IMG/VR virus record: IMGVR_UViG_3300045988_119030
Span: 149,411-181,323 of that record
Source: a virus
DNA length: 31,913 bases
Reading direction: 5' to 3' (one strand)
Within the stretch, counting starts at the first letter, position 1, and every line of letters begins with the position of its first letter. Shown here piece after piece: positions 1 through 9,784 of the stretch. Both the position numbers and the translations under genes were made by a program. The notes below the pieces were generated by a model, which was given only the letters and a program-made list of their open reading frames with translations, did not search any database and was not told the DNA's origin.

Positions 1-591
1 AGTATACAAACGTGGACAATCAATAGGACATGTCTCATCTACCAGAATCTCAATTCTACTTCTTTTATTTTCTGGAACAGAGTTTAAAAAATCCCAATCT
101 CTATTCTTACGACGAGGAATAACTACACTTTCATAGGTGTCAAGTGCTTTTACAAAATCATAATCTTCCTTTGTAGCTGTAATACTCTTTGTAAGTTTAT
201 AATTAGGAAACTTATCTCGAAGATACTTTTCGAGGATAGGAGAATTAACAATAATTTCATTCATTCCATTATCAAAAAGTTTAAGCATTTCATTACATTG
301 TCTATCATATACATCTGTTTCTTCAAGATTAGGATTTGTAAGGGTAAAACGCAAAATAATATTATTCTTTTCATAAAATTCTCGTACAGCACAGAGATAA
401 TCAATATTATGTTCTGGCATTCCGCCCATAAAACCTCCACCATTCCAAATCATGCCAGGAAGTGCGCCATAAACATATTTTACTTTTGCTTCTGGATAAA
501 AAGCTTGAGGTTCAAGCTCTTGAAGTTCAAGTAATCTATCATAAACATCAATACCATAATAAAATTCAGGGCAATTAAAATTAATATCCAT
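1..591 (-). CDS. Partial CDS (N-terminal 197 codons visible; C-terminus lies beyond window start). Hypothetical protein, last visible gene of the rSAM/YcaO operon
   Basis: Uninterrupted minus-strand frame from ATG 591..589 to position 1 (translated by hand: MDINFNCPEFYYGIDVYDRLLELQELEPQAFYPEAKVKYVYGALPGMIWNGGGFMGGMPEH...). RBS GGAGAA 5 nt upstream. Absent from the ORF track only because no stop lies inside the window. Confidence 0.55.
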   Translation of the reverse strand, partial: MDINFNCPEFYYGIDVYDRLLELQELEPQAFYPEAKVKYVYGALPGMIWNGGGFMGGMPEHNIDYLCAVREFYEKNNIILRFTLTNPNLEETDVYDRQCNEMLKLFDNGMNEIIVNSPILEKYLRDKFPNYKLTKSITATKEDYDFVKALDTYESVVIPRRKNRDWDFLNSVPENKRSRIEILVDETCPIDCPRLYT

Positions 592-604
592 TTATATTCT
601 CCTA

Positions 605-2392
605 TCAGTAATTTGCAATCATTGTTTTAAAATCTTTAGAATTAAAAATTTCTCTCATTGGTTCAAGAATACATTTTTCAACCAAATATTTTCTATTTAA
701 GATATTATTAAAATCTTCATTAGTATATTCATAATTATATTCTTTTAAAATATTAATTATTTCATCTTTAGAGTATTTTCTACTTTTTACATAAGAATAT
801 AAATTAAGATACTTTTTAAATTTTTCATAATAAGGACTTACAGTAATATCTACTGCGAATTGATTATCTTCAAGAAGATAGTCTGCGGAATCTTCAAATA
901 AATTTTTTACGAAAATTTCATTAGGAATTGTTTGAATATCTTTATTATTATAAGAAACCAATAAATCTCCTTGAGATAAAAGACCTAAAAATCTATCTGT
1001 TAATATATCGTCCTCAATTAAATCTACAAAATTTAAACAGTCTTTGATTATATTATAAACTCCATCGCCGTTATTTAAATAATTTTGAATATGTTTACAT
1101 TTATTTTTAGTAAGAATTGCACTTTCTTTAAGGGTTTTTAAAGTTTTACATTTATCTAAAAAAGAATACCAAAAGCCGTCAAGATTATTTAAATAAATAT
1201 CAATAGCTACAACCTTATCACTTAAAGATACATCAGCATAATAAATTTCAGCTTCAATAGATTCCGCGATTTTTTTATTCCATTCAAAAATTTCTTCATT
1301 CGAATAATTTTTATCTTCATAAGATAAAAATACATTTTTATTAATAGTATTTACATATTTCTTATGAAAAAAAATATTCTCAGGAAATGTATTTAAATTA
1401 GTAATACAAGATCCACCCATGATAATAATATCGTTATTATCTAATGTTTCATAAGGAAGAATAACAGAAAACTTTCTATCATCATAAGAAAAGCAATTTT
1501 GATACATTTCAGTTAAAATACGTTCAACCGCAATTTCAAATACAGGAAAAGCACCAAAATTAACTGAGATAGTTCCATTTTTATAATTAATAAGAATTCC
1601 CATTACTACTGGAACATTAAACGTTCTTGACATATCAATAATATAATATTTATTGCCATGGGATTCAATAGCATTAATAATCTTAATTAACTTTTCATCA
1701 GTAATACTATTAATATCAACAAAATAATAATCCTTATTAGGATTAGTATAAAAATGACTAACAACATAATGTTCAAAAATTTCTGAAAGTCCTTGATTTA
1801 ATGCCTCAATTATAGTATTACCAGCAGCCATACCTGAACTTCCCTGATAACGCTGAATGAGACGAGGATCTAAATACTTTACATCTTTTTCATTATTTAA
1901 ATTAATATAAGGAATACCAAAAAATTTATTATTATACATAGAAGTAAGACAATCTTTAATTATATAATTAGTTTCTTCGTCAAAAGAATTAAAAAACTTA
2001 TACATTAAAGAATCTTTTCCACCAAGGGCTTCTTTAAAGTTTACTTCTTTTTCATTTCTAAATAATGAATAATTATAATTTTTTTGGTTTACTTTGATTT
2101 TTTCATTACACAAAAAAGGATTACATAAATAATGTAATCCATTGCAAAATCTTTCATACATTTCAGCATATCCAGAAGCCATAGCGAACTCTTTAGATAC
2201 TCCTTTTCCAAAAGATCTTAAAATAGAATGACCTTTATAGTATAAACGAAGAGCAAGACTCCATGTTGTAGATTGTTCTTGACGTAAAACTTCTTCTATA
2301 CAATAAAAGCCTCGATCCGCAAAGAATTGCTTAATATTATTTACTGTATCTAAAGGATTAGTTTCTTTATAATGCTGTGAATAATTATTCAT
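605..2392 (-). CDS. ycaO: YcaO-domain protein (ATP-dependent amide-backbone activating enzyme family), 595 aa, stand-alone E. coli YcaO-like size
   Basis: Hallmark YcaO motifs seen in translation: SFGKGVSKEFAMASGYAEMYERF (GKG-x-S/T...A.ASxxAExxER) and YQGSSGMAAGNTIIEALNQGLSEIFEHY (SxGxAAG...EAxxxGLxExxE). TGA stop. No in-frame TAG. Confidence 0.75.
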   Translation of the reverse strand: MNNYSQHYKETNPLDTVNNIKQFFADRGFYCIEEVLRQEQSTTWSLALRLYYKGHSILRSFGKGVSKEFAMASGYAEMYERFCNGLHYLCNPFLCNEKIKVNQKNYNYSLFRNEKEVNFKEALGGKDSLMYKFFNSFDEETNYIIKDCLTSMYNNKFFGIPYINLNNEKDVKYLDPRLIQRYQGSSGMAAGNTIIEALNQGLSEIFEHYVVSHFYTNPNKDYYFVDINSITDEKLIKIINAIESHGNKYYIIDMSRTFNVPVVMGILINYKNGTISVNFGAFPVFEIAVERILTEMYQNCFSYDDRKFSVILPYETLDNNDIIIMGGSCITNLNTFPENIFFHKKYVNTINKNVFLSYEDKNYSNEEIFEWNKKIAESIEAEIYYADVSLSDKVVAIDIYLNNLDGFWYSFLDKCKTLKTLKESAILTKNKCKHIQNYLNNGDGVYNIIKDCLNFVDLIEDDILTDRFLGLLSQGDLLVSYNNKDIQTIPNEIFVKNLFEDSADYLLEDNQFAVDITVSPYYEKFKKYLNLYSYVKSRKYSKDEIINILKEYNYEYTNEDFNNILNRKYLVEKCILEPMREIFNSKDFKTMIANY

Positions 2393-2440
2393 ATGATATT
2401 ATGCCTTTCTTTTTTCTATCATATAAATATATTACTATAT

Positions 2441-2492
2441 TTTTTTAATAAAGTCAAAAACCTACCATTTTATTTGGTAGTTTTTGACTTTA
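2441..2492 (-). promoter_or_regulatory. 16-bp near-perfect inverted repeat (AAAGTCAAAAACCTACC / GGTAGTTTTTGACTTT) directly after the stop of gene 2493..2996. It embeds a TTGACT -35-like hexamer 17 nt from TAATAT. Candidate terminator/promoter junction for ycaO
   Basis: Stem-loop read directly. Lacks a clean U-tract on either strand, so its terminator role is uncertain. Confidence 0.3.
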
Positions 2493-2996
2493 TTAAATTG
2501 AATAAAAGCAATTAGGACATAAATACTAATTATCATCTATTTTAAATAATGGAATATTACTTACTTGTAAATTACATTTAAAGCATTGTTTATTTTTATA
2601 AATTTTTGGTATAAAAATTTCTATATTTGGCTCAAATAAATTTAAAAGATTATTAGATATTTTTTGAAAGTAAATATCTTTTTCTTTATTAGTATCATTA
2701 TAATTATATTGTAAAATATATTTACATATTACTTTACAATGATTTAAATTAGTTAATTTTAATTCTTCTACTGGAATAATAATATCAGATATATTATCTA
2801 AATTTATTTTAGATTTAATTGTATATTGTATTTGAAGAATTATAGTTTTATCTTTTTTAATAATTCCTAAATTAAAGCAAACAAAAAGTATCCAATAGTC
2901 ATAAATACTATTACTGTCAAAATCAAAAGATAAAGCTCTTATTTTATCCCAAAAGATTTGTTCTGGAATTTTAAATCCGCCATTACTAAATTTCAT
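2493..2996 (-). CDS. Hypothetical protein (~167 aa) with C-terminal 4-Cys zinc ribbon (CFKC...CPNC). Contains an in-frame TAG at 2526-2528
   Basis: Track ORF 2526..2996 ends in TAG. The frame continues QYLCPNCFYSI to a TAA at 2493-2495. RBS GGAGAG before ATG 2996. Confidence 0.5.
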
Positions 2997-3154
2997 TTAA
3001 CTCTCCATTAAAACAATACTCATAATAATTATTTGTATCTTTTTCAATTTGAATACTCCGAGGATAATCTAACTCCCAAGATGTTCTTTTATTATAAAAC
3101 TATAAAAAATTTTTTACTATATCTTGTATAAATTCTTTATATTCATCGTAAGTA

Positions 3155-5212
3155 TCAATCATATAAATCATACTCTTCTTTCTCAAGATAATTTAAAAAT
3201 TGATCATGGGCAAATTGATAATATATATATCCATTAAAATAATTTAATATTGGATATATTTCTTTTTTTAAATTATCAAATGATTTAATATATTCTCCAT
3301 CTAAACAATGAAAATTAATAGTATTGTTTTTTATATCACCTATAATTTTTTTACTTAAAGGGCATAAACAATCATTATTTATTTGTTTTAAAGGATAAAT
3401 TAAATTTATTTTATATAAAATATAATAACTTGTTTTAATAAAATTTTCTATAAAATAATTATTATGTTTTGTATAAATTAAATTATCATATTCATAAAAA
3501 TATTTTATTTCATATAAAATTCTAATAATTATTGATTGTAATATTTTATTTTTTTTATCTAAATTTAAATTATAGATATAAAGAAACTGTAAAAAGAAAA
3601 TAACTATTTTTACTAAATAATCTATAGCCTCAGACAATCCCGTATGAGATATGTTACCTGGATTAGTATTTAAATCAATTATATAATTTCCAATAGTCTA
3701 ATCAATTAGTTGTCCTTCTCCATATAAATTACATAAATCAAAAAATAAACTATCTTCGCATAAACAAAAATTACTATATTTTATATTATATTTCTATAAA
3801 AAACTTCGTTTTAAAAGTAATCCAAGTTTATTATCAGGAATAATAAACTATATAAAATCATTTTTTTCGTTATTTTTTATAAAATTATAAAGAATTTCTA
3901 ATTCATTATTTATATTAAATAAATCATCTGAATCCCAAAATAAAACATATTCATTAAAAGAATTTTCTAATCCTACGTTTCGTGCGACTCCAGGTCCTTT
4001 ACGAGTAAGATTTTTAAAAAAGAAACAAGGAAAATCCGCGTTATCAAATATTTTAATAACTTTTCTCTCACAAGCTGAATTATCACTTATTAAATATATA
4101 CAACAATCTTTAATAATTGTTTGCGCTCTTAATGAATTATATAAATCAATTATCTAATTATCATTAAGGTTATAATAAGGAATAATTATATCTATTTTGC
4201 CATCAATAAATCTATTTATACATTTTTGTAAATAGTAATTATTATATCGAAAGTCAATTGGAGTTTTACCATTTAAAAATTCCTAATAATTATTTAAAAA
4301 ATCTTCTTTATTATTTATAAGTTTTAAATAAAAGTCGTAGTCTTCAAAATAAGCATTTTCCATTGATACAGTAAATTCTGATTTAATGTTATAACATTTA
4401 TGCCATAGCCAAGAAGCGGTTGGTAAAGTAGCATCACAATATTTACAAATTTTCTTAGGTGAAAATATAAAATTATGTAAATCATCTAAGCTATTTATAT
4501 CTTCTAACTACAAATAATCTTCTTCCTCTTCTGGAATATTCAAATTATATTTTTTACAATAAATATCTAAGAATGCGGAAAAAGGACAGATATATATCTT
4601 ATAATTTTTTAATGTAAAACAAGGTATTTCATGTGGACAATATTGATAATAAGCCTTTGCTGGATCAGTATCTCCATTTTCATTTACAAGCTACTAACGC
4701 ATAAATAATCGCTCTTGATGATTAAAAGCAATACCATATTCTTGGCATTCTTCAACATCTTCATAATTTGTATAATTACTATAAGCAGTTATGTCGAACA
4801 TTATATCCATATCAAGGTATTCTTTTTTATGTTTAATAATATTTTTCATATTTAATCCATTAGATAAAACTTTTAATTGAGTTTTTTCTTTTGGAAATAT
4901 TTCACGAGCTATTTTACATAATTCAAATAGTTGTGGGTGAAGAGTTGGCTCTCCACCCACAATCATAAATACTTTTATATTAGGAATTTTTTTATTAGCC
5001 ATAATAACCTAATTGCGGAAATCATTTATATCAATAAACCAAGGCGTGGCTAAAGGTGAAAAATGATTACATCCCGCGCAATTAAGATTACAATGATCTA
5101 CTACTTGTATTTCTAAGCTTACACCATCATAAACAGATTTCCAAAGACTATGTGTATATGGAGGAATCCCACGATAATCTTTATCTTTCTTTATCTGTAT
5201 ATCGTTCATCAA
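3155..5212 (-). CDS. Radical SAM enzyme (N-terminal) fused to or translationally coupled with a GT-A/family-2 glycosyltransferase domain plus a C-terminal domain of unknown function. 12 in-frame TAG codons, including a TAG-TAG pair at 4691-4696
   Basis: One frame from ATG 5212 to TGA 3155-3157 with zero TAA/TGA. It links track ORFs 5009..5212, 4694..5002 and 3155..3637. Motifs: CNLNCAGC (CX3CX2C) and GGEPTLHP (rSAM). IDIIIPYYN...SLRAQT, ARNVGLENSFNEYVLFWDSDD (GT2 Rossmann start, ARN...DxDD). Cys-rich stretch after the rSAM core. Confidence 0.6.
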
Positions 5213-5762
5213 ATTCTCCTAATATATGTGTATTATAATCAACTAATTCTCTTATTTGATTATTGCGTTCATGTAAAAAACATTGAGTACAAATTTCATT
5301 TAAATTGTTTAAAGGTTCATGGAAAAAATTGCAATAATGTTTTTCAAAATCAACATATTTACAATACTTATCGCATATTAAAATATTACTATCTTTATTA
5401 TAAATCACAGGATGATCTTCTCGTAAGCGGAAAGATAGCTGAATTTTAAACATTAAAGTTCCTTGATAAGAATATAAAAAAGTTTTATAAAATATATCTT
5501 GGACTTTACTTTCAAAAGTAAATTTCTATTTATCTGTAGTAATAAGCTCAATGCATTCTATTTCATTCTAATCTATAGCTTTAACTTGCTAATAAACCTA
5601 ATTTAGAAAAGAATAATCAATATCATTCTAATTTTTAATTATTTTTGCAAAAACTATTTCTTTTGGAAAATTTAATTGAAATATAATATCATCACATTGA
5701 CGCTCATTAAATTTAACAGATTTTAAAATTTCTTTATCTGAATTAATAAAATTAATAACCAT
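5181..5762 (-). CDS. Hypothetical small Cys-rich protein (CDKYCKY...HYCNFF...CTQCF). Possible N-terminal extension to ATG 5762 containing 6 in-frame TAGs. The core 5181..5453 is a clean ORF
   Basis: Frame from ATG 5762 runs into track ORF 5181..5453 with only TAG interruptions. The high TAG density makes the extension uncertain. Overlaps the rSAM start by 32 nt. Confidence 0.3.
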
Positions 5763-6090
5763 TTCGTTTATCAGGAATTCCTTTTAATCGATCTCCTAAG
5801 AAATATCTATATAATTCATAAGAATCAGCAATATTATCGCATAAACAATTATTATTATTTTCATTGTTATTATTATCGTTATTATTATTATTATTATTAG
5901 ATTTTTCTGCATGATCTGTAATAATTATTTTAATGAAATTATTGATAATAGTATTAATTTCTTCATTTTCACCATTATTTTCAATCCAATTTAAATAAAT
6001 AACATATAAAAGATCTCTATAATCTTCTACATTGCTATAATCAAAAGTTTCAATTAAATGATTAATTTGATTTTTCATTTCTTCAATCAT
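5752..6090 (-). CDS. Small Asn-rich protein (112 aa) with a poly-N tract and a C-terminal CLC motif. Candidate precursor peptide or accessory protein of the rSAM-SPASM enzyme
   Basis: ORF overlaps the stop of the upstream rSAM-SPASM gene (ATGATTGA coupling). Low-complexity KSNNNNNNNDNNNNENNNNCLCDN. Confidence 0.5.
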   Translation of the reverse strand: MIEEMKNQINHLIETFDYSNVEDYRDLLYVIYLNWIENNGENEEINTIINNFIKIIITDHAEKSNNNNNNNDNNNNENNNNCLCDNIADSYELYRYFLGDRLKGIPDKRNGY

Positions 6091-7489
6091 TGTAATACCC
6101 CAAATTATGGCAAAGATTTAACCAATTTTCTTTATATTTTTCATCTGGAAAATAATTTTTTTCTAAAGCAATTTTAGTTAATCCTAATTCACAATAACTT
6201 TTAACTAAAAAAGATATTCTTGTTTTATGTAATTCACAAACACTTTTAGGCGGTAAAAATAAATCTCCAGTAGCTTCGAGTGCCGCACCAAGGCAAAGTT
6301 TTAAACAAAACGGATCATAAGGACAAGTAACACATCCAACATTTAAATGAGTATTGTTTGTCTTAATTACTGTATAAAGACTTGGATTAATTGCTGTAAT
6401 TCCAATAATTTTATCATTTTCAACTTCAAATTTACCGCCAATAAATTGCTGATAAGAAGTTCTGTGGCAAGGAACTAATTCCATAGTAGCAACATATAAA
6501 CAAGTTTGATGAGAAATTGCACAAGTGTAATTTCCATCTTTCCAAGTGACAGTTGGTTGTAATGGATCATAATTGTGTAATCCAATTAAAGATCCTTCTT
6601 CCCCATCTCCTAAAAAGATATGTCGAGCTAACTTATCTAATGAACTATCATTCATTTGGAATCTAATTTCAAGCATGTGAGTTAAGAATTCAAGATAGTG
6701 ATTTAATTTTTCTTCAGTCCATTCATCATTACGAACTTCTAAGAACATGGGCTGAAATTCATCGCGAGGCCCTTTACATAATTTATATTTCTCAAATTGT
6801 TCAAGCCACCAATCATAATTTTTAATAGCGCTTTCAATATTATTTGGAGAAATCATTGGATGAATACCGCAACAGTTCTTAGAAAGAAATTGCATAATCT
6901 TATCATAATATTCAAAATCTTTATTTTCTTCTCTTACACTATCATAAGGACCATCTACAGAACAAGATAAATTTAATTCCATTTCAAGGTCAAGAAATTT
7001 TTGAAGATATTCTTCCACTTTAGCTGCTTTTTTATCATCAGCAACAAAACTAAAGTTATTGGGGAAAGCAATACGAGGATGATGATTCTTAAAAAGATTA
7101 GGATGTTCTTCAAAGAGAGCTCCATAATATTTTAAAAGTAAATCAAAAATACTAAAGCCTAAATTATCATAAAATAAATCTCCAGCAAAGAGTTCTATTT
7201 CAAGGAATAAGACTTTTCTTTCGTTAAAAATATAATCTAATATAATGTTCATATTTTTAAGAATTTTTTCATTATTTGCTCTTGTTTCAAGTGGGTATAA
7301 ATCTTTTCCGTAACGAGCAATATAACAATATTCACACTTTTGATTACATTCTGGACGAATAATAAACTCAAAAGAGCTTTCATTTATCCAATATCCTTCT
7401 TCTTTATCCCCTTGATTAAAGCAATGGTTATCAAGAAATTTTTCAAAATATTTATTATTATCTAAAATACAACCTTCACTAATATTCAT
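6083..7489 (-). CDS. Radical SAM / SPASM-domain enzyme (peptide/protein-modifying maturase class), 468 aa
   Basis: CNQKCEYC (CX3CX2C) near the N-terminus. C-terminal CAISHQTC...C and GCVTCPYDPFCLKLC (CX2CX5CX3C SPASM signature). Start overlaps the TAA of the upstream gene by 1 nt. Confidence 0.8.
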   Translation of the reverse strand: MNISEGCILDNNKYFEKFLDNHCFNQGDKEEGYWINESSFEFIIRPECNQKCEYCYIARYGKDLYPLETRANNEKILKNMNIILDYIFNERKVLFLEIELFAGDLFYDNLGFSIFDLLLKYYGALFEEHPNLFKNHHPRIAFPNNFSFVADDKKAAKVEEYLQKFLDLEMELNLSCSVDGPYDSVREENKDFEYYDKIMQFLSKNCCGIHPMISPNNIESAIKNYDWWLEQFEKYKLCKGPRDEFQPMFLEVRNDEWTEEKLNHYLEFLTHMLEIRFQMNDSSLDKLARHIFLGDGEEGSLIGLHNYDPLQPTVTWKDGNYTCAISHQTCLYVATMELVPCHRTSYQQFIGGKFEVENDKIIGITAINPSLYTVIKTNNTHLNVGCVTCPYDPFCLKLCLGAALEATGDLFLPPKSVCELHKTRISFLVKSYCELGLTKIALEKNYFPDEKYKENWLNLCHNLGYYND

Positions 7490-8991
7490 TAATTGTATAC
7501 TCCTTGTTCTGTATATCTATCGTCATCCCAACATTCTTTAGGTAATACCCAATTATTTTCTCTATCAACATAATTATATAAAGCAGAAGAAATTCTTAAA
7601 GTTCCAATGCTTCTTAATAATTCACTACCAGTAGAAACCAAATTATTATAAGTACAAGCAAGATTTTTTGTTGTAATAAAAGCTAAGTGAAGCAATTTAT
7701 TATAATCATATTTATACACTGAATTTAATTGTCCGCACTCATTTAGCATTTGATATTCATTTAAAATAGTTTGAAACATGAATGGAAAAGAAGTGGTTTT
7801 AAATAAATTATATTTATAAAACACCTTATCAATTTCTTCATCTGATGCTGTTAAAAGATTAACACAAGAATGTCCTCTTGTCATTAAGTCTTTACGGGAA
7901 AGAGTGTCAATAGTGCCATCATCTTTAATGTTGTTTGGGTTTATATCAAACATATAATTTTGACAAGATACCATAGTACCGTCCCATAAAAGCTTTAATT
8001 CACTCCAATTAGAGCCACAAAAATTATTCATAGATAATGATCTAATAACTTCTTCATTTTTATCTTTAATGCATTGTAAAGCTTCTTCAATTGTTAAAGG
8101 GCATCCTTTTTGAGTCACATATTCTCCCAAATCGCATAAACTATCTTCATAAACACTTCTATATCCAACGATTAAACTAACTGGCATTCGTGGATCATGA
8201 AAATCAGACACATCAATATTAATTAATCTTTGTAAAAAAGATTCATACTCAATACGCTCATCCACTGATCCGTCTCTTGGATGTTCTGGACAAATAGAAA
8301 CTGAAGGATTAAGCGTAATAGCTTGATTAATAACTTTTTCATTTAATTCATATCCAAAAGTATCTAATTCTTTATAATAATCATGAACTTTTTCAAGAGT
8401 ATCTAATTGATTAATGAGCATTCCAGACAATACACCATGTAATTGTATTGAAATATTTGTATGATTAAATTTAATTTTATTTAATCCCTCTATAACTGTT
8501 GAAATAGTTTGAAAAATACGTTCATTATTTGCATTTCTAATATTATTAGTAGAATAAGCTCCATCATATGAAAATTGAATTGATAAATTCACATCATCTT
8601 GAGTTGTTAATTCATCTACTCTTTTAGCAAAAGCAATTATACGTTCTGGAAAATCCATTCCATTAGTTGAAAAATCAATATTTCTAATATTAGGAAAAAA
8701 TTTAAACCAATCATCTAAATGCTCTGTAATAAGATGAAGTGTTAGTGTTGGTTCTTGACCCCAAAATCCAAAATTATCAATTATATATCTATCAAGGTCT
8801 AATCTTTTAAAAATTTTTTTTACATTTTCAAGATAAGAACCATCAGTTAAAGCTTTAATTGTATCTTGTTGTAATTTAGCAGAACAACCATTTAAACTAT
8901 TTTCTATCATGCAATACTAACAATGTAAATTACACCCACATGAAGATACGAGTGTTACTGCTCTAACATCTATATCTGTATTTTTTTTCAT
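7489..8991 (-). CDS. Radical SAM enzyme (~500 aa) whose CX3CX2C motif is split by an in-frame TAG at 8917-8919 (SSCGCNLHC-TAG-YCM). True start is ATG 8991 with RBS AAAAAGGAG
   Basis: Track ORF starts at 8910. Upstream same-frame reading gives MKKNTDIDVRAVTLVSSCGCNLHC*YCMIENS. GFWGQEPTL aligns with the GGEP motif. Confidence 0.7.
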
Positions 8992-9017
8992 AAATTCTCC
9001 TTTTTCTCTTAAAAAAT

Positions 9018-9770
9018 TTAAGATCTTGATCTTCCTGCTCCACTTCTATTCGCGCTGTTAGAAGTATAAGCCCCTCTATAGGAGCAAGGTCTATAACTGC
9101 CTCTATGAGTATCATTATTAGAGCCTCTATGGCTTGTATAATAAGTATAATTACTTGAATAATTAGAACTATTATAAGCATTATTAGAACTTCTATTAGA
9201 ACCGTTATAAGCATTATTAGAACCTCGATGAGTTCCATCATAAGCATAGTACCCATTTCTATGTGTACCATTATAACTAGCGTCATAAGCATTATTAGAA
9301 GCTCTATAACTACCATTATAGCCACCATCATAAGCATAATTAGAGGCTCTATAACTACCATCATAACTAGCGTCATAAGCATTATTAGAAGCTCTATAAC
9401 TACCATTATAACTACCATCATAAGCATTATTAGAAGCTCTATAACTACCATTATAACTACCATCATAAGCGCAAACCGCGTTTACTTCTTCAAGTTTTGT
9501 CCTAATTTGTGATAATGGAATATATCTAGTTAACTCATTTACTCTTGGGGCTGTAAAGGTGTCAAAAGTTGCTTTTGTACCAACGTAAGATACATTTCTT
9601 AAATTTTCAATTTCGTTCTTTATTGTGATAACATCTCGCGCCCCAACTCTTTGTTTAGTCTTATCAGGAATAGCAGTTCTACTTTGAGAAAATCTTGTTT
9701 GCGCTGTATTTAAGTTATCATATAAAGCACGAACATCAGCCCATGAAATTCGACTTCCTGTTCCTGCCAT
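9018..9770 (-). CDS. Tyr/Asn/Ser/Gly-rich tandem-repeat protein (250 aa): a ~95-aa N-terminal domain followed by ~15-aa repeats AYDGSYNGSYRASNN. Second gene of the operon, just upstream of the three rSAM genes
   Basis: Clean ORF, RBS AAAAAGGAG, TAA stop. Overlapping track ORFs 8963..9466 and 9228..9512 are repeat artefacts. Confidence 0.7.
   Translation of the reverse strand: MAGTGSRISWADVRALYDNLNTAQTRFSQSRTAIPDKTKQRVGARDVITIKNEIENLRNVSYVGTKATFDTFTAPRVNELTRYIPLSQIRTKLEEVNAVCAYDGSYNGSYRASNNAYDGSYNGSYRASNNAYDASYDGSYRASNYAYDGGYNGSYRASNNAYDASYNGTHRNGYYAYDGTHRGSNNAYNGSNRSSNNAYNSSNYSSNYTYYTSHRGSNNDTHRGSYRPCSYRGAYTSNSANRSGAGRSRS
9111..9470. repeat. Tandem direct repeats (45-bp unit, four perfect or near-perfect copies at 9291-9470, degenerate 30/45-bp copies upstream) encoding the repeat tail of the protein above
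   Basis: Exact 45-bp duplication ATTATTAGAAGCTCTATAACTACCATTATAACTACCATCATAAGC at 9381-9425 and 9426-9470. Confidence 0.8.
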
Positions 9771-9784
9771 AATTTTGCTCCTTT

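Noticed and set aside
261-534. Track ORFs 261..443 (-) and 298..534 (+)
   Set aside because: They lie inside, and out of frame or antisense to, the continuous partial gene 1..591 (-). The composition is not protein-like.
2441-2492. Classifying the 16-bp stem-loop as a simple rho-independent terminator
   Set aside because: No U-tract follows on either strand. The stem itself contains a -35-like TTGACT, so it is reported as an ambiguous regulatory element.
9111-9470. Possible CRISPR array given the regular direct repeats
   Set aside because: The repeats are contiguous (no spacers), in frame and coding for a repeat protein. The iteron arrays at 29262-29640 have irregular spacing and no cas genes.
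8963-9512. Track ORFs 8963..9466 (-) and 9228..9512 (+) with low-complexity MVVIM/IITTIIS-type translations
   Set aside because: They are alternative-frame or antisense readings of the 45-bp tandem repeat array. The in-frame, RBS-preceded gene 9018..9770 explains the region.
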